Shown in pieces: positions 58,192 to 64,000 of a stretch of DNA of 64,000 bases; position 1 is the stretch's first letter, and every line of letters starts with the position of its first letter. The notes beneath the pieces are model-generated. The model did not search any database. It was not told the origin of the DNA and saw nothing but the letters and a program-made list of their open reading frames with translations. The translations under genes were made by a program, and so were the position numbers. The stretch is from assembly GCA_963833575.1 (NCBI GenBank), contig CAWHXY010000005.1, forward strand, positions 32,001 through 96,000. Direction: 5' to 3'. Origin of the DNA: Candidatus Bathyarchaeota archaeon. Lineage in GTDB: Archaea > Thermoproteota > Bathyarchaeia > Bathyarchaeales > Bathycorpusculaceae.

Positions 58192-59418
58192 TCACTCAAG
58201 CTCATTTTTTGCAATACCTGAAACATAAAAGACAATGGCTGAAGCTGCAAGTAGCACGGTTAGCGAAACGAATAGTCCACTGTACTGGAAAACGGAGGCT
58301 AAAATTACCCCGCTGATTATTGGCCCAACTGCCTGCCCAACATCCATCATGGTGCTCAAGAAACCCATGGATGTTCCTACGGGGATGTCTGAGGCTAATT
58401 CGCACATTAGCGGCGCTGTTGATGAGACTGCCATGGCAAAACCTAAACCGAATCCAATGGAAATTAGAAGCAGGAACACAAAAGAAGTTGTGAACGGAAT
58501 CAAGAACAGTAAAGTAGCACTTATCAGACAGCCCAGAATAATTGGAATGCGTCTACTGGTTTTGTCCGAGAAACGCCCCATTATGGGTCTCGAAACTATC
58601 AACGATATGAGCTGAACGCCCATAACGGTGCCGAACTCTAACGGGTTGAATCCTGCCACTTGCTGCATGTATTGGACTAAATAGAATTCGACGACGCCGT
58701 AAACATAATATTGGATTGCTTGTACGAAGCTAATAATTAAGGCACCCTTGTTTCGCGCGACTTCCATCCAACCGTGAAGCATCTGAGAAGTTGTTAGTTT
58801 TGTTTTAGGCGCCTGAGAAACGGCGTTTTTTGTTTCCTTAAGCAAAAGCAAAGTAATTATTAGCGATGTAACCCCTGCAACACCTACAGCAAGGTATAAC
58901 ACTCCAAAATTATGCAGCGTTACCGAACCAGCATTTGTCACTGTCAATATTGCGCCGCCTAAAAACGGGGCTGCACCTCGACCAATGTAAGTTGCTGAGT
59001 TGAAGGATGAAATTCGCTCACCTCTCTTTGCAGGATACCGCTCTGCAATTGCGGCTTCAGCCACAGGAACAAAGATGGCAGTGGCGAAGCCATGGTAAAA
59101 ACGCACAATAGCCAGTTGCCACCAAACTGTCACGAACAAGTAGAGAAAGGGCGCAGAAGCGAAAATAAATGCTGAGAATAACAGCATTTTTTTTCTGCCA
59201 TAGTTTTCGGAAAGAGAACCTGCTGGCAGGCTGACAATGATGCCTGGAATGGTTGAGGCAGCTGCAATTATGCCAGTTAGGTCCGGAGGCGTTCCGATAC
59301 TCAATGCAAAAGGGTTAAGAACTGGGTTCTTTGACATGGTGGAACTTAGGATGGCGAAGGCGCCAATCACGCAGAGAGCCCAGAAGTATCGGTCGCTGAC
59401 TATTTTCCTAAGTTGCAT
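58192..59418 (-). CDS. MFS transporter
   Basis: 12 TMs, GSLSENYGRK and GRFSDKTSRR motif-A loops, RFYHG. Confidence 0.9.
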   Translation of the reverse strand: MQLRKIVSDRYFWALCVIGAFAILSSTMSKNPVLNPFALSIGTPPDLTGIIAAASTIPGIIVSLPAGSLSENYGRKKMLLFSAFIFASAPFLYLFVTVWWQLAIVRFYHGFATAIFVPVAEAAIAERYPAKRGERISSFNSATYIGRGAAPFLGGAILTVTNAGSVTLHNFGVLYLAVGVAGVTSLIITLLLLKETKNAVSQAPKTKLTTSQMLHGWMEVARNKGALIISFVQAIQYYVYGVVEFYLVQYMQQVAGFNPLEFGTVMGVQLISLIVSRPIMGRFSDKTSRRIPIILGCLISATLLFLIPFTTSFVFLLLISIGFGLGFAMAVSSTAPLMCELASDIPVGTSMGFLSTMMDVGQAVGPIISGVILASVFQYSGLFVSLTVLLAASAIVFYVSGIAKNELE

Positions 59419-59501
59419 GATTATCTACTGTTAACTTTTTGAGCTGGTATTATTTTGGCTTTTGCTAGGATAAATATATGCAAGAATTTGAAGTACTACT
59501 T

Positions 59502-60152
59502 CTAATGTGAATTGTAAGTAGCAGTTACGTCTTTGTAAGTGCCGTCTTCAAACGCGAAGATTTTTACTTGCGATCCAATAGCGCTACCCCAAGGCCAACT
59601 TTGGTATCTAAGTGGGTTATTCCATGCTTTGTCTGAAGGGTCAACATGAACCCATTTTCCGTTGTAGTAGTCTTCGGCCCAGACATGAATGAAATTCCAA
59701 CTTGTAGTGTCAACTGCTACAACAAGTCTGCTTTGGTATCCAAGTGCTAAACAAGCAGAGACATAGACAATGCTCCATTGTACACAGATGCCTTTTCCGG
59801 TGTCGAGAATTTGAAATGGGTCTTCATAGAATCCTGTTGGATCTTGGACAAATGTCATTTTGCTTTGTTGCCAAGCAAAAAGGTCCGTTTGATTGTAACT
59901 TGGATTTAGTTGTAATGCCATTTGAGATCGTGTCTTACTTGAGTTCAAGTTATTCATAATTGATAGATAGTGGCTAGTGAAGGCGTTGAAAGCTGGATCT
60001 GTCTCTGCAATATTTGGCTTGGTACTTATTGGATAGACAAGATATGCAATTGTAAGAATTGTTATAATAACAATTAAGGCAGAAAGGGTCACTATCCATT
60101 TTCGAGTATGGTTACGCCTTCTTGATTTTTGCCCTTTTCTAGCAAGATTCAT
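59502..60152 (-). CDS. Membrane-anchored transglutaminase-like protein (peptide:N-glycanase-like core)
   Basis: N-terminal basic residues + TM; GICVQW, HVWAE, WVHVDP Cys-His-Asp triad. Confidence 0.78.
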   Translation of the reverse strand: MNLARKGQKSRRRNHTRKWIVTLSALIVIITILTIAYLVYPISTKPNIAETDPAFNAFTSHYLSIMNNLNSSKTRSQMALQLNPSYNQTDLFAWQQSKMTFVQDPTGFYEDPFQILDTGKGICVQWSIVYVSACLALGYQSRLVVAVDTTSWNFIHVWAEDYYNGKWVHVDPSDKAWNNPLRYQSWPWGSAIGSQVKIFAFEDGTYKDVTATYNSH

Positions 60153-60262
60153 ATTGTCTTAAAAAGACGTTTCTAAGTAAAAGCTTATCCTTATTTCATG
60201 AATCTCTGCAGTTCGCGTGTGATACACTTATGCTCTTTGCAGCTTGTAGTTAACTTTGGATT

Positions 60263-61069
60263 TTAGCTGGACTGAAGAGTTATCGAGTGTTGGGTCGAGA
60301 TCGAAATTTGTGATCCTGAATTTGAAGTTACAGTTATAGTCAAAGTATTTGATCCAAAAGATCCGCTGAGATTTAGATTGAACGTTGGACTTGTACTATC
60401 GGAGCCACCCGTGCCCGAAGCTTCTGCATTAATTTGTGAACCAGAAGTTGTGCCTGCAAAATTAAAAATCACAGAATTTGATGTCTGAATATCTTGAACT
60501 AAGCTCTGAGGAACACTTGTAGGCGTTATAGTTAGATCTAGTTGTACATTATTTCCACTTTGTTGAACAACGCAACTAACATCTGCTGTGATGGTTCCTG
60601 AATCTTTACCGCCATTTTGGTTTGGAACATTGACTGAGAATTGGTTGCCGGTTGAACTGTATTGATTTGTAGGATTAGTTATTGGCGGATTGTTATTATT
60701 CATTCCTTGGCTTGGATTGCTGTTTTGGCTGTTTGTTTGGTTTCCGGTGTTTACTTGGTTATTATTGTTATCCGGGCTATTTGTGGGTCCTTGATTATAG
60801 GTATTTTGATTGTTGTTATTTGGGTTATTTGGGATGCTTGTTGGTCCTTGATTGTTGTTGCTATTTTGGTTGTTGCTGTTTTGGTTTCCAGTGTTTGCTT
60901 GATTATCAGTACTTTGTTGATGAAGTTGCCCAATGTATGGTGCTATTACAAGTAAACTAACAGCTCCTCCGATTATCATACCTACTAAAAGAGCCAATAG
61001 TACAAAACCGATAACGCCAGAGATAGCAACTGAGCGTCCTTTCTTTGCTATTTTTTCTTCACCCATCAA
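60263..61069 (-). CDS. Membrane-anchored protein with N/Q-rich linker and S/T-rich beta domain
   Basis: Single N-terminal TM, poly-N/Q low-complexity stretch, C-terminal beta-rich region. Confidence 0.7.
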   Translation of the reverse strand: MMGEEKIAKKGRSVAISGVIGFVLLALLVGMIIGGAVSLLVIAPYIGQLHQQSTDNQANTGNQNSNNQNSNNNQGPTSIPNNPNNNNQNTYNQGPTNSPDNNNNQVNTGNQTNSQNSNPSQGMNNNNPPITNPTNQYSSTGNQFSVNVPNQNGGKDSGTITADVSCVVQQSGNNVQLDLTITPTSVPQSLVQDIQTSNSVIFNFAGTTSGSQINAEASGTGGSDSTSPTFNLNLSGSFGSNTLTITVTSNSGSQISISTQHSITLQSS

Positions 61070-61359
61070 TTAGCCTTCTATTATAGTTTCCAAGAGCAAT
61101 GTAGAAGTTAAGTAATTTATGAATTCTAAATTGACTTTATTGAATCAAGCTTCGGCTCGATGATTGAATAGAATGCTATTAACAATACTTTATGAACAAT
61201 CAAACAATAAAAAAATGAAATGTTTGCATTGTTTTTATGTGTTTTATTGGTTAGCGAAGTGGCTCCTCTGCGTTTCTTTAGTTATGTTTTGTCTTTTTGT
61301 AATCAAAATAGCGTCAAATTTTTTAGATGCGCTAACTAGATTGTTAATTGGTGCTTTGT

Positions 61360-61635
61360 TTGCCAAATCAAAAATATTTAGCTATGATAAGAATTAGTCC
61401 AAATATGGCTGCGAAACTATATGGGCCTCTAATGGAGTTCACTGAGAACCCGATTGAAGGTGTCAAACTTGAGGAAGCGTATCAAGTGTTTGGTAAATGG
61501 GATTTTGCTGTACTTTTTGAGGCTGATAATAACGAGAATGCTTTGCATTTTGTCGGTGACAAAATCCGCTTGATAGAAGGAGTGATGGAGACCATCACCA
61601 TTCCGTTAACGCCGATAAAAGATTATCGCAAATAA
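61360..61635 (+). CDS. Small ferredoxin-like-fold protein (Lrp/AsnC ligand-binding or GYD-like)
   Basis: AYQVFGKWDFAVLFEA...IRLIEGV.ET.T; TTG start after GGTG. Confidence 0.65.
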   Translation: MPNQKYLAMIRISPNMAAKLYGPLMEFTENPIEGVKLEEAYQVFGKWDFAVLFEADNNENALHFVGDKIRLIEGVMETITIPLTPIKDYRK

Positions 61636-61808
61636 TGACTTTATTAAAAGTCTTTTTTTATTTGGCAAATTGTTGGAGCGCACTTAATGCTTCGAGCATC
61701 TTAATGGTCGGATAATAAGGATAAAATTGTTTTGCCCTCCTACTATTTGGATCTCTGCAAAAATCTTATAAGATAATTAACTAAATAGCAGAAACTCACA
61801 GTGAAAGT

Positions 61809-62180
61809 ATGATCCCTTGTGCTAAATGCGGGAAAGCGATAAGTGTTTTTACTTCCTATTATATAGGTTCGCAATCCTTTTATGGCCAAATTTTTCCCGA
61901 GTACAGTCGCAAATATTTGTGTGAAACGTGTTACAAACAGGTTGGATTGGACTCTAAATTAAGTAACAAAACCCAAATCCAGAATACAAAACACACTTTT
62001 GTACTATGCAAATACTTGAAGAATGGAAGTTGTCAAGCCATATCTGATGTCGAAAAAGGGCGAGATACACTAGAACAATCCTGCCTAAATGCAAACAAAA
62101 AAGCGTGCTGTTATGAGTGCCCTCAACAACAAAACTGCCGAATTAGTTGCGTGTATTTAGGCAAACCAGACCTGTCTTAA
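61809..62180 (+). CDS. Cys-rich hypothetical protein
   Basis: CAKC...CETC plus C-terminal CKY..C..C..CCYEC..C..C. Confidence 0.55.
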   Translation: MIPCAKCGKAISVFTSYYIGSQSFYGQIFPEYSRKYLCETCYKQVGLDSKLSNKTQIQNTKHTFVLCKYLKNGSCQAISDVEKGRDTLEQSCLNANKKACCYECPQQQNCRISCVYLGKPDLS

Positions 62181-62447
62181 GTAATTATCTTAGGAAGGGT
62201 ATGTAGGATTTGAACCGATTTTTTCTAAGATCATTTTTGAAATTGTTTTCTTTCCAAATTTGCTGAAGTTTGACTAAAATCAAAGGATTTTTAGCTTTTG
62301 ACAAAATCACAAGTTGCAGTATTACTGATTTAGATGATAGTAACACTGCCTAGCAAGTTTTATATAGTAACTTAAACAGAAGTCGATGTTAAGCAAGGGC
62401 ATTTTAGGACTCTTGCTTAGATAAAAACAAAGGAGAAAAACAAACAA

Positions 62448-64000
62448 ATGCAAAATTTTGAAAACAAAATCTTAGCTATAGTAATCTCGATGTTTATGAT
62501 AATCGCAATCGGAGCATTACTACCCCTGCATGCACAAACTGCAAACAACATTCAAACTTATCCATACATTAATGTCGCCCCAAACCCTACCGGCGTTGGA
62601 CAACCAGTGACAGTTAACTTTTGGCTTGCCGTACCAAACGCAGATCAAGAACTCGTAACAAACATGACAGTACACGTAACACATCCAGATGGAACAACCG
62701 AAACACTCGGACCATTTACCTCAGATCTTACTGGAGGCACAACTACTCGATACACTCCAACGGCGGTTGGCAACTATACATTCCAATTCTTCTACGGCGG
62801 ACAAACACTTGCTGGAGCCCCTAATGCTTTCGGAGGCCCAACATTCGCAGGATATGTTAACCTACCTAGTCAAAGCGCTGTGGCAACTCTTATAGTGCAA
62901 CAAAACCCAGTGACCGGTATTCCATTTACTCCGCTTCCAACAAGTTGGTGGCAGACTCCAATTAACGCAGAAAACGTTCAAAATTGGGCTTCCATCAGTG
63001 GATCATGGATGGGATACGCTGCAAATACATTCGCCAACACTGGAGCATTTAATGACACAGGCAACTATAACCCATATACAACAACACCTCTCACTGCTCA
63101 CATACTCTGGACAAAGCCCTGGTGTATTGGCGGCGTCGCAGGAGGAGCACTCGGTAACGACGAGCAAAACAGCAACTACTGGACAACCTCACAATATGAC
63201 CCGAAATTTGCGCCAGTAATAATGGACGGAATAATGTACTCAACTTGGTATACAACCAACACCGGTGGCCAGCAAGGAATCATGGCAACAAACCTATACA
63301 ATGGACAAACCATATGGGTGATAAACACCACTGACCCCTTAAGATGCGGCATGATAGTCAACTTCGAAAACATCAATCAATACGGCGAAGTCGGTCCATA
63401 CATCGTCACACAAGGTGGCGGCGGACTTTTCGCACCTCCTGGCAATTGGAAATTATATGACGGTTTAACTGGTCAATATCAATGCGAAATCGATAACACT
63501 CCCTCGTTCTCTTTCCTCGGACAAGACGCAAATGGCAACATAATTGGCTACGCTTTCAGTAGCGTTACTGGTAATATTACTGCATATCCCAACGGAAGAT
63601 TTGGAGCATTTGGCAATGCCATTCAAGGAGTAACTTATACCATTAAGAACACGACTGTCTACGGACCTGCATTGATAATGTACAACTTGACAGCAGCCAT
63701 GCAAGAAACCGGTTTGAACTGGGCCATAACGCTAGGCACGAAGTATTCATGGACTGACGGAATAGAATGGGTAACTCAATCGCTACCTCCAGTTGTTAAC
63801 GGCATATCTACAGCAGGCTTAGGCGGTTCAGCTTTTGGCTATTCAGCATGGTCAGGCAATACACTAGTGATGAGCGCAGGAGCCACCTCTGTCGAAGAAA
63901 CATTAGGCTGGCTAGTCGAAGCAGGCTTTAGCGCAACCGACGGCTCATTACTGTGGATACAAAATCGAACAGGAGGCGCATACGTACCTTTCACAAGGAC
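62448..64000 (+). CDS. Large secreted surface protein, probable PQQ-like beta-propeller family; 3'-truncated by window edge (not in ORF track)
   Basis: AGGAG RBS; signal peptide MQNFENKILAIVISMFMIIAIG; VAPNPTGVGQPVTVNFWL, HPDGTTETLGPFTSD, LPTSWWQTPINAEN, HILWTKP, NLYNGQTIW. Confidence 0.75.
   Translation, partial: MQNFENKILAIVISMFMIIAIGALLPLHAQTANNIQTYPYINVAPNPTGVGQPVTVNFWLAVPNADQELVTNMTVHVTHPDGTTETLGPFTSDLTGGTTTRYTPTAVGNYTFQFFYGGQTLAGAPNAFGGPTFAGYVNLPSQSAVATLIVQQNPVTGIPFTPLPTSWWQTPINAENVQNWASISGSWMGYAANTFANTGAFNDTGNYNPYTTTPLTAHILWTKPWCIGGVAGGALGNDEQNSNYWTTSQYDPKFAPVIMDGIMYSTWYTTNTGGQQGIMATNLYNGQTIWVINTTDPLRCGMIVNFENINQYGEVGPYIVTQGGGGLFAPPGNWKLYDGLTGQYQCEIDNTPSFSFLGQDANGNIIGYAFSSVTGNITAYPNGRFGAFGNAIQGVTYTIKNTTVYGPALIMYNLTAAMQETGLNWAITLGTKYSWTDGIEWVTQSLPPVVNGISTAGLGGSAFGYSAWSGNTLVMSAGATSVEETLGWLVEAGFSATDGSLLWIQNRTGGAYVPFTR

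Noticed and set aside
60662-60960. Cys/Tyr-rich plus-strand ORFs
   Set aside because: Antisense shadows of the N/Q-rich repeat in 60263-61069.
62621-63704. Several short ORFs in the track
   Set aside because: Alternate-frame or antisense shadows of the long CDS starting at 62448.

Overview
AT-rich archaeal chromosomal window. The evidence is rpl14e, rps19e, rpl39e, rpl31e, aIF6, rplX, Cbf5, Rpp21 and an intron-containing tRNA. The gene repertoire suggests Candidatus Bathyarchaeia, which is an inference. Main blocks: (i) an archaeosortase/exosortase-like gene with a doubly frameshifted C-terminus; (ii) rpl14e-cbf5-methyltransferase and a tRNA-Leu(UAA) with a D-arm intron; (iii) a complete bacterial-type NHEJ operon (LigD polymerase, Ku, ligase with C-terminal phosphoesterase, DUF72) divergent from an OB-fold SSB paralog; (iv) a ~29 kb cell-surface glycosylation locus (GT2/GT4/GT-C, methyltransferases, B12 radical SAM, UDP-xylose and dTDP-rhamnose pathways, flippase) carrying two short internal duplications; (v) the conserved rnp4-yhbY-rps19e-PDCD5-rpl39e-rpl31e-aIF6-rplX-pfdA-ftsY cluster with two insertions; (vi) accessory surface genes. 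The most unusual unexplained signal is a dispersed intergenic element present at least 9 times. Each copy has a conserved ~55-bp core (ACCTGCAA...CCCTAAA.CAAAAAAGCAAC...AAAAAATT) directly preceded by a tandem array of 10-bp units whose sequence differs between copies. One cluster sits beside a candidate structured ncRNA. All calls are by eye from sequence motifs; no database searches were run.
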